Shown piece by piece: positions 44,802 through 54,445 of a stretch of 62,424 bases of DNA; positions within the stretch are counted from its first letter, which is position 1, and each line of letters starts with the position of its first letter. The translations under genes and the position numbers were made by a program. Origin of the DNA: a virus (lineage: Duplodnaviria; Caudoviricetes); the IMG/VR virus record IMGVR_UViG_3300030104_000782, positions 1 through 62,424 of that record; one strand, 5' to 3'. Below the pieces are notes generated by a model, which was given only the letters and a program-made list of their open reading frames with translations, was not told the DNA's origin and did not search any database.

Positions 44802-46657
44802 CGTCTTCCATCACCTCTTATTTCTAGTCTAGTAGCACCTATACGCCAACCGACATCATCGTTTGCAGTTGTATCGTCATCGTCAGACTCAAAACGAATA
44901 ACTGCTTGCCTTGCTCTTGCCCTCATGTCTTTTTTATCTGTAGAACTTGTGAGTGCATCAGTGCTTTTAGTTGTCAACGAATCACCTGGATAATCTCTAG
45001 TTTTTAACACAAAATTTACTTGACCTCCTGAACTGTTGTTTAAAAACCTAACATCAGGAATTAATCTACTTATAAAAGCGAATTGATCTCCCTCACCTAT
45101 GTCTAAATCTGCACTTTCTATAAAAACATTAGTCATAGGACTACCATCGTCGTTATAGCCAAACTCATGTTCATACAAATAATTGTTAGCAGTTGCTCTA
45201 GGATAATCTACTATGCCTTGGTCTAACCATGCTGTTCTGCTTAGATTACCATATGTCCACACGTTATCTTCGTAATCGTAACAGACATAACGATCTATCT
45301 CAGAACTAGAGGAAGAAGGGTAAAACCAACCAACCTCATCGAACTCTGCATTACTAAAAGAAACAATTTTATGTGCTTGTCCTAAATTTATATCTTGAAA
45401 CACATACGTGTGTACACTACAAGGAAGTTTTTGTACATTACCGTTGTACACATAAAAATTATTAGTGTCCATCCAAAAAACTCCAGGTGCAGCATTAACT
45501 GCTGCGTTCGGTGAAATTAAACCAGTACCTTTATTAAGAAGATTTAAACCAAAAGTAAAAGGTGGTCCAATAAACTGCATACTGTACAGTGAGGTGTCTG
45601 TCCACACTAAAATCTCTTGTCTAGATTTTAAACCACCTATGATTTGACTCCCTTCTGACAGACGCAAGCTTCCTGCTGTGTTAGTAGTCAAAGGTTCCCA
45701 TTCTACTGCGTTTTCTTGGTCACTAAATGCTATGAGCATAGGGTCGATTGTACCTGACCTCGCTTCTCCTTCTATTGCATCTGCACCTAATACTACTACA
45801 TGTCTATCCTTTTCGGATATCAAAACCTGTAAACCAACTGTAGGAACTAAGTTAGCACCACTAAGTGAACTAAGTTCAACTGCACGAGTGCCGAGTCCAC
45901 TAGTTTTATCCCAATAGTATAAACCACCTGCCCTTACATTGATTATTAAATCCTCACCGAAGTGATCGTGTGTCCACAATCTAAGCTGATTATTTGCAGA
46001 CAACGCAGAACTAGAACCCCATGTTCCTGCTCCCCACAATCCTGCTCCGTAACCTGTACCTTGTACATAATCATCTAGACCTATGTTAATTTGATATGCA
46101 CCATCTACACCAGAACCACCATTACCACTGTCACTAGCGTTTGCTGTTACTGTTGCTCCTGCTGTGTTTTTAGCAATAAACGTATATGTATTTGCACTAG
46201 GAACTGTTGCTATTTTATATTCTTGGTTTAACACTGCAGCAGTTACGTTGCCTCCTAATGAAACTGCATCACTAAATGTTACAAAATCACCTTGAACTGC
46301 TCCGTGGCTAGAATCTGTTGCTGTTATCACAGAAGATCCGTTTGTAGCAGAAAAAGTTATACTGTTAGTTGAAGTTTTACGGATAGGTGTTATGTCATTG
46401 AATGAACCTTCTTCTATGTAATATTTACTTGTGGTTCCTAAACCTAAATATCTTGAACCATCTAATGCTACCCAACCATGCAATGCTCTACAAACACCGT
46501 TAAATGTTTCGCTGTTGTCTTTACGCCAACCACCTATTTTTTGTGGTCTACCTCTATTAAAGCGAACTAAATTACTGTCGAACCAACCTCCTTCACTATC
46601 GTAAGATGTTCCTTCTCTGTCTATTCCAGGTCTAAAAATAAACTTAGCTAATGGCAT
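44798..46657 (-). CDS. Tail hub/nozzle (packaged-DNA stabilisation) protein
   Basis: 619 aa beta-rich; KIGGW, FSDQE, W.G.L.RTAW.D motifs. Confidence 0.65.
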   Translation of the reverse strand: MPLAKFIFRPGIDREGTSYDSEGGWFDSNLVRFNRGRPQKIGGWRKDNSETFNGVCRALHGWVALDGSRYLGLGTTSKYYIEEGSFNDITPIRKTSTNSITFSATNGSSVITATDSSHGAVQGDFVTFSDAVSLGGNVTAAVLNQEYKIATVPSANTYTFIAKNTAGATVTANASDSGNGGSGVDGAYQINIGLDDYVQGTGYGAGLWGAGTWGSSSALSANNQLRLWTHDHFGEDLIINVRAGGLYYWDKTSGLGTRAVELSSLSGANLVPTVGLQVLISEKDRHVVVLGADAIEGEARSGTIDPMLIAFSDQENAVEWEPLTTNTAGSLRLSEGSQIIGGLKSRQEILVWTDTSLYSMQFIGPPFTFGLNLLNKGTGLISPNAAVNAAPGVFWMDTNNFYVYNGNVQKLPCSVHTYVFQDINLGQAHKIVSFSNAEFDEVGWFYPSSSSSEIDRYVCYDYEDNVWTYGNLSRTAWLDQGIVDYPRATANNYLYEHEFGYNDDGSPMTNVFIESADLDIGEGDQFAFISRLIPDVRFLNNSSGGQVNFVLKTRDYPGDSLTTKSTDALTSSTDKKDMRARARQAVIRFESDDDDTTANDDVGWRIGATRLEIRGDGRR

Positions 46658-47101
46658 TTACACATTCTCCCACTCTTTAGCTTGAAAAAGCAATGCTTCA
46701 GCTTCCCTTCTTCTAACTAACCCTTCTAACACTTGTCCTCCTGCTTTGTTCCACCTTTTTATTTGTGTAGGGACTTCGTTATATTTACCTTCGTTAAGAA
46801 CTTGCAAAAGTGTAGATTCTTTTAGATTTGTAGGTCCAAGATTGTACACCCATGAACAGAGAGCGTCAAACTCACATTGGCTCAATGACACTTTCACTAA
46901 ATCTTCTATGTAACCTTCATATTCTGGCATTTCTTCTGTTAATAAATTTTCAGCTTCGTCTTGGTTTATTTTATCACCCTCTTTGACATCTTTTGTGTGT
47001 CCATAACCTATTGTCCAAACACCAACACTGTCTTGATACGCTTCTAACTTACAACCTTCAAATTTTTTAATTAATGCTATGCCTTCTTGCGAAATTTTCA
47101 T
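46658..47101 (-). CDS. Endolysin, GH24 lysozyme
   Basis: FEG..L.AY.D..GVWTIGYGHT catalytic E-D-T; GL.RRR.AE. Confidence 0.95.
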   Translation of the reverse strand: MKISQEGIALIKKFEGCKLEAYQDSVGVWTIGYGHTKDVKEGDKINQDEAENLLTEEMPEYEGYIEDLVKVSLSQCEFDALCSWVYNLGPTNLKESTLLQVLNEGKYNEVPTQIKRWNKAGGQVLEGLVRRREAEALLFQAKEWENV

Positions 47102-47478
47102 TTTTCCTCCTCTTTAGTAGGAACTGTGACTTTTCTGTAATATACTACTACTTCTTTTAATTCATTTATATAGCGTTTTAGTTCTTGCATATTGTACGCC
47201 ATTATTTCGTAATCTGGTATTGACATGGCTACAAACACTAACTGCCCATGTTCTTTTTCGACTCTAGCTATAAACTCATCAACATTTTTATCAGAAACAA
47301 CGTACCAATATGGTTCTTTTAAATCGATTTCTCTAGGCATGATCGGTTGTACGATCTGTCTTTCTATAGGTTTAGTTATGATGTCTACTTGTTGCCTACT
47401 CGGTAGTAGACTGCAACTGGAGACCATCATCGAGATCATCAATACTGCGACTGTCTTCTTCAATGCTATCGAATACAT
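47098..47478 (-). CDS. Lipoprotein, putative o-spanin
   Basis: Lipobox VSSC; overlaps i-spanin 3' end; adjacent to endolysin. Confidence 0.6.
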   Translation of the reverse strand: MYSIALKKTVAVLMISMMVSSCSLLPSRQQVDIITKPIERQIVQPIMPREIDLKEPYWYVVSDKNVDEFIARVEKEHGQLVFVAMSIPDYEIMAYNMQELKRYINELKEVVVYYRKVTVPTKEEEK

Positions 47479-47797
47479 TTCTAGTTCCTTTGTTTACTCT
47501 TGGTTCTAATAATCCAGGTTTTGCTGCTGCAAGTTTTGTTAAATCGTGTCTTTTAAATATGTCTAAGTATCTGTTCATCTCAGCTTCTATTTCTTGATTT
47601 CTAGACTGTATCGTTAACAACCCTTCTGTTTGCAGTTTAAAGTCATTTTGTAATGACTCTATCGCAGCTTTTTGTTCTTGATCTCTTAACTCAAATGCTG
47701 AGTTAAGTGCAGCTAATCTGGCATTTTCGTTCCATAAAAAATATCCTGCTATCAACAAGACACCTATCACACCAAACAACACTTTGCTCATAGCCAA
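47396..47797 (-). CDS. Putative i-spanin
   Basis: N-terminal TM followed by coiled-coil. Confidence 0.6.
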   Translation of the reverse strand: MAMSKVLFGVIGVLLIAGYFLWNENARLAALNSAFELRDQEQKAAIESLQNDFKLQTEGLLTIQSRNQEIEAEMNRYLDIFKRHDLTKLAAAKPGLLEPRVNKGTRNVFDSIEEDSRSIDDLDDGLQLQSTTE

Positions 47798-48033
47798 CTA
47801 CTGATTAATGTAATACCTATTGAAACAAAAGAAGTCGCAAGAAAAGCTAAAGTGCCGATCAGTAAATTTTTAGTTTCTTTAGCTTGTTGCTCTAAGTTTA
47901 ATGTGACGTTGAGTATGTTATTATCTATTGTGTCGAATCTGTTGAATGCTGTTTTCCAGCGTTCAGTACACTGTATTTCATGTTTAGCTAAATCATTAGC
48001 TACGTCTTGTGCTGTTGCTTTTTTAGTTGCCAT
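47788..48033 (-). CDS. Coiled-coil plus C-terminal TM protein (holin-like)
   Basis: HE..C.ER motif and one TM; in lysis cassette. Confidence 0.5.
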   Translation of the reverse strand: MATKKATAQDVANDLAKHEIQCTERWKTAFNRFDTIDNNILNVTLNLEQQAKETKNLLIGTLAFLATSFVSIGITLISSWL

Positions 48034-49771
48034 GCGTTGTGTATACCTCCAATTTTGTACTTTTACCTTTTACTTGTAAAGGTTCTAGTTTTATTAAGTT
48101 TTGCTCACTTTTTACAGCAGTGTTGTGCCCGATCACTATATCTTTACCAACTTCTTTCGTTGAACTTTCTAGTCTTGCTGCAACATTGACTGCATCACCT
48201 ATAGCAGTATAATCGAATCTTGTAGCACTACCCATGTTGCCCACTACAGCTTCTCCTGTGTTGATTCCTACCCCTATCTCTACACCTAGCGAAGACTCTT
48301 TAAACTGTTTCTGTATGTCAATGGCTGCAAGTATGGCTTGATTCTCATGGTTTTCTAAATCCAAAGGTGCATTAAATATAGCCATCATGGCATCGCCTAT
48401 GTATTTGTCGACCATACCACCATATTTTTTAACTGTTTCAGATTGTATAGTCAAAGCTGCATTCATAATGGTAGTTACACTTTCTGGATCCATACTTTCA
48501 CTCATAGCAGTAAAACCACGAACATCTGTAAATAAAAAAGTACAGTATTTTTTCTCCCCACCAAGTTTTAAGGAAGCAGGATCTTTCTGTAATCTTTCGA
48601 CTTGACGTGGGTCTAAGTAATGTTCAAACTGTTTTTTAATTTGTTGTCTTAACTTGTATTGCTCTCTAAATCGTAAATAAAACGCTACTGTTGTTGTGAC
48701 AAACTGAGAAATCAACGACCAAGTTACATCTATTAAAATGTTTTGTTGTATAGTCCAGTATCCATATACCATAGTACATAATATTACACTTGTTGCTGTT
48801 AATACACCAAATGTTATACCTAAGTAAGAAAGTAACAACCAAACTACAGAAACAGTTAAAACTAAAATCAATAATTCTACAGCTAAAGCATAGTCTGGTA
48901 TGTATGGACTATTTTCTATTAAAATAGACTCTGCTAATGCTGTTTGTATTTTGTGTGGTTCTAACAACCCTGCAGGTGTGGCTATCTGTGGCATAATACC
49001 TTTTGCAGTAAAACCAACAAAAACAAACTTGTTTTCTACATCCATCTCTCGTAAATCAGTCTGTGGTGTATCTACCCAACTTACCCATTTACGACCTAAT
49101 GAATCTACAGAAACAGCTGGTAAACCTTTTACTCTTATTTCTTCTAGTCCGTTAGAATTAGTTTTTAAAACATATGTATCAGCATTAGCCAATACTTTTA
49201 ACACTTCTGTGCCATACGCAGGAACCCAACCTTCTGGTGTCCGTAATAATAATGGTAGTCTACGAACTAAACTATCAACATCAGTTCTTGCAACTGCTAC
49301 ACCTTGATTAGCATTAGTTTTTAATACATCTATGTTTTGTACCACACCTTGTGCTAATATGCCACCTGTGTCTTCACCTAAAATAACAGTTCCTGTAGTT
49401 TCAGGGTATTCGTTAGTGTTGTTTTCATACATGGCTAATACACTTGGTGCAAAACTTAATGCTTCTGAAAACTCAAAGTCGCCACCGAATCTATCTGGCT
49501 GTGGAAAAGCTAATACCCATCCTACACCTATAGCACCTTTCCTTAATAAATTTATTTGTATTTGTGCTAATGTTTGTCTAGATAAAGGATAACCACCCTC
49601 ATTAGCGATATCTTCTTCAGTTATGTTGAGTATTGTGAAATATCCTGAAGGTTCTTGTGTAGGAACAAATGCGTCGAAAGTTTTAAGTTTTAGTGTTTCT
49701 AAAATGTTGATTTGATTCAATAGAGGAACTACGAAAACAAACAACAAAAACATAAAAATTAATTTTTTCAC
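48023..49771 (-). CDS. CHASE2-domain membrane class III adenylate cyclase
   Basis: N-terminal TM, CHASE2 (D.D..VRR.PL), three TMs, FTDVRGFT, DKYIGDAMMA, YTAIGDAVN.AARLE. Confidence 0.93.
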   Translation of the reverse strand: MKKLIFMFLLFVFVVPLLNQINILETLKLKTFDAFVPTQEPSGYFTILNITEEDIANEGGYPLSRQTLAQIQINLLRKGAIGVGWVLAFPQPDRFGGDFEFSEALSFAPSVLAMYENNTNEYPETTGTVILGEDTGGILAQGVVQNIDVLKTNANQGVAVARTDVDSLVRRLPLLLRTPEGWVPAYGTEVLKVLANADTYVLKTNSNGLEEIRVKGLPAVSVDSLGRKWVSWVDTPQTDLREMDVENKFVFVGFTAKGIMPQIATPAGLLEPHKIQTALAESILIENSPYIPDYALAVELLILVLTVSVVWLLLSYLGITFGVLTATSVILCTMVYGYWTIQQNILIDVTWSLISQFVTTTVAFYLRFREQYKLRQQIKKQFEHYLDPRQVERLQKDPASLKLGGEKKYCTFLFTDVRGFTAMSESMDPESVTTIMNAALTIQSETVKKYGGMVDKYIGDAMMAIFNAPLDLENHENQAILAAIDIQKQFKESSLGVEIGVGINTGEAVVGNMGSATRFDYTAIGDAVNVAARLESSTKEVGKDIVIGHNTAVKSEQNLIKLEPLQVKGKSTKLEVYTTHGN

Positions 49772-50889
49772 TAGCTTCCTTGTTTAATAGTTATTGTGTT
49801 GATTGAACCACCATTTACCTTGACCACATTCTCTACACCATCTTGAAACAATATTACTGTATATGCGTTAGAACCATCTAAATCTAGTCTGACTGATTGT
49901 CCTACGTTTCTACGCAAACTAATCATCTGTCCTGTAACTATAGTTGTTATCTGTGTTGTTTTATCCTGACCGATCTCCGTTCCTGCTATACGTATGCTCG
50001 TAGCTACTTGACTCAACGTGTCTTCTTCCTCAGATACATCTAAAGCATCGATAATACTTAATAAATCTTCTAAAAAATTAACATCAAGATAGTTTATGTC
50101 AAGTTCTGTAAACTCTAACTGTGCTTCGTTATCTAAAACATCTTCAGCTAAAAAATCTACATCAAGGTCGTTAAAGTCTAGATAATCAATTGTGTTTTGT
50201 GACTGTGTTTCTTGTAAAACCTGTTGTGTTTCTCTAGGTGGGTTTACTATCAGCATGTTGTCTATAAACTCTAAACTTATGTCTAGTATAACTGGTTTAG
50301 AAGGTGGTTGATTATAGGTAAGCGTTGTTGTTGCTTGAAATGCTTGATTTAGTAAAACTTCACCCATAGCTGTTTTGACTAAAATCTCACCTGATGGGTT
50401 ACCATACTCGTCAGGCAACAAGATGACTAAAGAAGATCCTGTTTCTGGTGTAGTGGTTATGGTAAAATCTGTTCCTCTCACAAACACATCAGCACTTTGT
50501 GTTTTTATGTGTATAGCTTTTTTATTATTAAATTTACCTGTAACGAAACGAGCAGTGCCACTTGCAAAACGTAGTGCCATTTCAGATTTAGTAGGATTAG
50601 CATCGTATATATACGAGTCTATAACCAATTTACTGTGTGGCATAACTCGAACTATAGTTTCATCAACAAATGTTACTGCAAGTTTACCACCTTGTGTTTT
50701 TATGTTGTCTAGCTGTTGTATAGGGAACTGTAGCTCAGCACCATAAGGTTTGTCTCTGACAACCTGAGCGATACCGTTAAGTTCGCTAATACTACCTATA
50801 TCAACAGCTTGTGCTAGTACCTTGGTCGTTTTGAATGATGCAAACAGTGCTAGTAGTAGTACCAACACTTGTAACTTTAAGCCAGTCAT
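49771..50889 (-). CDS. Periplasmic FecR-domain protein
   Basis: Signal peptide; F.D.T.V....S.L.ID, G..RF.TG, I.T.SA...VRGTDF; start likely 50889. Confidence 0.8.
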   Translation of the reverse strand: MTGLKLQVLVLLLALFASFKTTKVLAQAVDIGSISELNGIAQVVRDKPYGAELQFPIQQLDNIKTQGGKLAVTFVDETIVRVMPHSKLVIDSYIYDANPTKSEMALRFASGTARFVTGKFNNKKAIHIKTQSADVFVRGTDFTITTTPETGSSLVILLPDEYGNPSGEILVKTAMGEVLLNQAFQATTTLTYNQPPSKPVILDISLEFIDNMLIVNPPRETQQVLQETQSQNTIDYLDFNDLDVDFLAEDVLDNEAQLEFTELDINYLDVNFLEDLLSIIDALDVSEEEDTLSQVATSIRIAGTEIGQDKTTQITTIVTGQMISLRRNVGQSVRLDLDGSNAYTVILFQDGVENVVKVNGGSINTITIKQGS

Positions 50890-51514
50890 TGTCTTGTGTA
50901 GATGCCTGTGTAATGTTAAAAGTACGATTAGAACCATCATGATCTAACCAAAAATAGCCACCTGCATAACCAGTGCCTGCATAAGTCACAGCATTATCAT
51001 TACCATCTAGATTCATGTAGTTAGTTGCACCGTCTACGTTGACTCCAGCTGTAATGGTGTTGCTGTCACCACTAACAATCCAGTCTAGATCTAGTGTTCC
51101 TGCTAAAGCTGTTGTTGCATGGTTTAGAGTAAATGTGTTAGTGTTACCTGTTACGTCTACGTTTACGTTTGAGCCATCTGCACCATACGTGTTACTAGGA
51201 TCAGTTTGCATGTTAAAAGTGTTAGTGTCACCATCGAACTCAAAAAAACCTGTGTAGTTATCTGCCCAAATATCTCCTAAAAATTTATTTGTGTTTCCTA
51301 TTTGGTTTATGTCTAAATTCATGACTGTACCATCTAAATCTAATGCTGTCATAGAACCTGCAGTAGCATCAGAACCACCTATAATGTTGCCTGAACCTAA
51401 CTGTTCTAAATCAAAATTTGAGTTACTAGCACCTGAACTTTGATCTATAAATATTTCATTGTCTGCTGCATACAATGGAGCAGATAGAAATAATATTAAT
51501 AAAAGTTTTTTCAT
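50801..51514 (-). CDS. Secreted curlin-like beta-solenoid protein
   Basis: Signal peptide ending YA-A; repeated Q/V-x-G-x-x-N units; terminal Cys pair. Confidence 0.65.
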   Translation of the reverse strand: MKKLLLILFLSAPLYAADNEIFIDQSSGASNSNFDLEQLGSGNIIGGSDATAGSMTALDLDGTVMNLDINQIGNTNKFLGDIWADNYTGFFEFDGDTNTFNMQTDPSNTYGADGSNVNVDVTGNTNTFTLNHATTALAGTLDLDWIVSGDSNTITAGVNVDGATNYMNLDGNDNAVTYAGTGYAGGYFWLDHDGSNRTFNITQASTQDNDWLKVTSVGTTTSTVCIIQNDQGTSTSC

Positions 51515-52326
51515 TCTTTCATCCTCCAATATCCGTTCTCTACACCCTCTCTTATAGTTTCAAGAACTGCTGTTTCGATTGCCATTTGCAAAGCAATACT
51601 AATAGGCTCATTTTTAACTGAACCACCTTCTAGTTCAACTAACTCAGTTCCTTCCGTAATAAACCTAAAGACGTCATTGTCTAAAGAAGCAGAAAGAATA
51701 GTTTTAGTTACTAAAACTTCCATAAGAACTTTTCCTGTGCTTACTGAAACAGTCCTTAATCCAACAGTAAGTGTATCTGATCTATACTGTTTTGACAAAC
51801 CGATTCCTAAATATCTGGCTCCTGCACCACCACTAGAAGTATTAGCTTGATAAGAAAGCACTCCTCCCGTCATTATCATGTCAGCAAATTTTAAAGGTAT
51901 AAGTTTTTTATCCTCATCAAAACTTTCTCTGGTTGATCTAATCAACTGTCGCTCTTTTGTAACTGCGTCTAACGACACACGTTCAACTACTTCGAAGAAT
52001 CCATTATGCTCAGAACCTGCTTGTTTCAATGCTCTAATTAAATAAGCATGTGGTGCTTGTGTAACAGCACTACTGAATGTCGCATACGTAGAGTTCGACC
52101 TACGTTGTCCTGTTTCGTCTTTGAAAGCGTCCGCATACACTGCTATAACTGGCTTCCTTATAGGTTCTTTTACATAACGCAAATCTGTGTACAATGTGTC
52201 GACCACTGGTGACACAGTTCTTTCTGTTGGTGGAAAGTTGTTTTCTAGAGGGTCAATCATTAATGTACAACTAGAAAGTAAAACTGCCAACAGGCACAAC
52301 GATTTCTGTAACTGTTCCTTCTTCAT
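51511..52326 (-). CDS. csgG: CsgG-family outer-membrane lipoprotein
   Basis: Lipobox LSSC; F.D.TGQ, FS.AVTQ, F.VVER..L....KERQLIR, GG.GARYLGIG. Confidence 0.9.
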   Translation of the reverse strand: MKKEQLQKSLCLLAVLLSSCTLMIDPLENNFPPTERTVSPVVDTLYTDLRYVKEPIRKPVIAVYADAFKDETGQRRSNSTYATFSSAVTQAPHAYLIRALKQAGSEHNGFFEVVERVSLDAVTKERQLIRSTRESFDEDKKLIPLKFADMIMTGGVLSYQANTSSGGAGARYLGIGLSKQYRSDTLTVGLRTVSVSTGKVLMEVLVTKTILSASLDNDVFRFITEGTELVELEGGSVKNEPISIALQMAIETAVLETIREGVENGYWRMKE

Positions 52327-52876
52327 CTGTTATAGTAACTCTTACTGTTTCATCGGTAATCTCATATTCTATCACATTTCCTTCTAGTTCCATCGAACCA
52401 AAGTTAGACTTAGTCTCACCGAACAAGTTGTCTTCTATCTGTCTAGCTAAGTTTGCATAAATCCTAGATGTTAAGTTCCTCATAAACCTAGCCTCTACAG
52501 TATTGTCTTTTTCACGATCGATTTCGTCTTTTAACGCTTGTATTTCGTCTTTTATAGCTTGTTTACGATTAGTTTCTTGATTTTCTATAGTAAGGTAGTG
52601 ACTAGAAGTTCCTTGTCCACTAAACGATGGCGATTTAAATTTATGCACCATCTCATCAGCACTTAAATAAGTTGCGAACACCATTCCTGTTACACTTAAA
52701 ATTATTAAAGCTGTGCATGACCTTTTAATTATTTTATCTAGATGTATATAGTCTTTTTCGAATTGAGTGTTTGTACATTCATAAAAATACTTGTCTCTAG
52801 GTATAGGTTCAAATATAACATTGTCTATTGAAACAAGTTGATCTCTTTCTATTTGTTTAATTTTTTGTTTGTTCAT
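52271..52876 (-). CDS. csgF: CsgF-like protein
   Basis: Mature N-terminus ADEMVHKFKSPSFSG resembling CsgF FxNPxFGG; ITD..G..TEI.VP end; precedes csgG. Confidence 0.75.
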   Translation of the reverse strand: MNKQKIKQIERDQLVSIDNVIFEPIPRDKYFYECTNTQFEKDYIHLDKIIKRSCTALIILSVTGMVFATYLSADEMVHKFKSPSFSGQGTSSHYLTIENQETNRKQAIKDEIQALKDEIDREKDNTVEARFMRNLTSRIYANLARQIEDNLFGETKSNFGSMELEGNVIEYEITDETVRVTITDEEGTVTEIVVPVGSFTF

Positions 52877-53111
52877 CTTTTTCTTTTTCTTTTAACTCTA
52901 AAACAGTATTAACTTTTTGTTGTAATCGAATCATATCTTGGTCTAATAAACGTAATTGATCTGTTAGTCTTATTGTTGTTGATTTCATCTCCTCTACTGC
53001 AGGATCGATCTTGTTGGTTATCGTTTGCCAGACAAAATAAACAAAATAACCTAAACCTACAACCATGACTACAGGAAAACCAAAGTCTGCTATAAGTTGA
53101 GTTATATCCAC
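52857..53111 (-). CDS. Small membrane/coiled-coil protein
   Basis: GFP..TM..D.IR motif. Confidence 0.65.
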   Translation of the reverse strand: MDITQLIADFGFPVVMVVGLGYFVYFVWQTITNKIDPAVEEMKSTTIRLTDQLRLLDQDMIRLQQKVNTVLELKEKEKDEQTKN

Positions 53112-53404
53112 TAGTCTCTCCTTGCATCGATTTTTCCATCTTCTACAAAGTTTTCAGCTCTAGCTATTCTATTCAAGTCGGGTGGAATGCCTAACGCACT
53201 AGAAACACTAACATCTATACGAATCATGTCGTTATTCATAATAGATGCTCTTGTAATTAACATTTTAGATATACCCTGTACAGTTTTTATCTCGTCTACT
53301 AAACCATCCATAAGTTGTTTCATAACTAAAAAGATAAAGTATGCCATAATCAAAGCACCAGCTATCGGCAGACCTAACTCAGCGATAAGGTCAAACACCT
53401 CCAC
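53111..53404 (-). CDS. Small membrane/coiled-coil protein, paralogous to neighbour
   Basis: GLP..TM..ND.IRID; DARRD end. Confidence 0.65.
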   Translation of the reverse strand: MEVFDLIAELGLPIAGALIMAYFIFLVMKQLMDGLVDEIKTVQGISKMLITRASIMNNDMIRIDVSVSSALGIPPDLNRIARAENFVEDGKIDARRD

Positions 53405-53796
53405 TACTTATCTTCGCCTTTGAAACTCTTAGACGCTCCTGACGTACCAGCGTACAATCCGAACCACGCAGCACCTGCACCAACTATTATAGAAATTAGT
53501 CCTGATTGCTCAAAACTTGGTTCAGGTAATGCCATGAACCACATAGTTGAATAATATAGTAAAAATATGTAAACACTTAAAAATACTCTAGGAAAGATTC
53601 TCCAACTGTCTACTGCTTGTGCTAAATATATCCATTTTTGATGTGGGTTTCTGTTACCCTCATCCTCAAGTTCTCTTATCCTATCCTTTAGTCTCGACTG
53701 CTCTTGCAGTAAATCCATAAACTTACTAAGGTCGATTTCTACCTCATTTCTGTCCATGTCCCCACTAAAGTTACCTGAGGATGGTCTATCGTTCAT
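53404..53796 (-). CDS. Two-TM membrane protein (holin-like)
   Basis: D.WRIFPR motif followed by two TMs. Confidence 0.6.
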   Translation of the reverse strand: MNDRPSSGNFSGDMDRNEVEIDLSKFMDLLQEQSRLKDRIRELEDEGNRNPHQKWIYLAQAVDSWRIFPRVFLSVYIFLLYYSTMWFMALPEPSFEQSGLISIIVGAGAAWFGLYAGTSGASKSFKGEDK

Positions 53797-53948
53797 TTAT
53801 CTTTTTTGACCTCTACTGTCGTGTATGCTTCGTTTACGTCAGGTGTAGATTTGTCATCAGCTACAAATTTGCCATCTTCATCTCTTGCTCTTACAACTTT
53901 TTCCTCTACACCTCTAAGTTTTTGCCAGAACCTTTTTATTAAACTCAT
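53793..53948 (-). CDS. Small protein with RD..GKF..DD..TP..NEA motif
   Basis: Start reassigned to ATG 53948 (ATGA overlap). Confidence 0.55.
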   Translation of the reverse strand: MSLIKRFWQKLRGVEEKVVRARDEDGKFVADDKSTPDVNEAYTTVEVKKDK

Positions 53949-54112
53949 TTTTCTTTCGCCCTTCCAACGTTTATTGCACACCAATCTATTAGTTTATAAA
54001 CTTTACCAATTATTTGATCGTCTCTTGGTGTTGGTGTCAAAGCACAAATTAAAGATGCTCCTGATATTACCCAAGGCACTAATTGTATTATTGTTAATAT
54101 TGTATCTAACAT
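53945..54112 (-). CDS. 55-aa membrane protein (TPTPxDD motif, holin-like)
   Basis: AAGGAG SD; MLDTILTIIQLVPWVISGASLICALTPTPRDD; below ORF-track cutoff. Confidence 0.6.
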   Translation of the reverse strand: MLDTILTIIQLVPWVISGASLICALTPTPRDDQIIGKVYKLIDWCAINVGRAKEK

Positions 54113-54127
54113 AAGGCTCTCCTTTTA

Positions 54128-54433
54128 TTAATTCGCTGCAATATATGCTTTACCTGTATTAATAGCATTAGTACAGTCTGTTTTCTTACTACTAGATGAA
54201 CCTTTTACGTTAGGTGTGTCATCATCTGAATCAACAGGTTCGTACTCTAGTATAGTTTCTAAATGATCAACATTTTGTTGTACTCTTGCATTTATCTCAG
54301 CTTGAGTCCAAGTTGTATCAGCTTCTGCTGAACCATCGACATAAATTGATTTTTTGCCGTTAGTGTTCACATCATTGATAAGTGTAACGCTGTCTTCTGC
54401 TGCTGTTAAACATTGTGCTACTGTTTGTGCCAT
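54128..54433 (-). CDS. Putative tail-fibre-associated protein
   Basis: Follows tail fibre gene; NVDHLE motif. Confidence 0.5.
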   Translation of the reverse strand: MAQTVAQCLTAAEDSVTLINDVNTNGKKSIYVDGSAEADTTWTQAEINARVQQNVDHLETILEYEPVDSDDDTPNVKGSSSSKKTDCTNAINTGKAYIAAN

Positions 54434-54445
54434 ATTATTCTCCGT

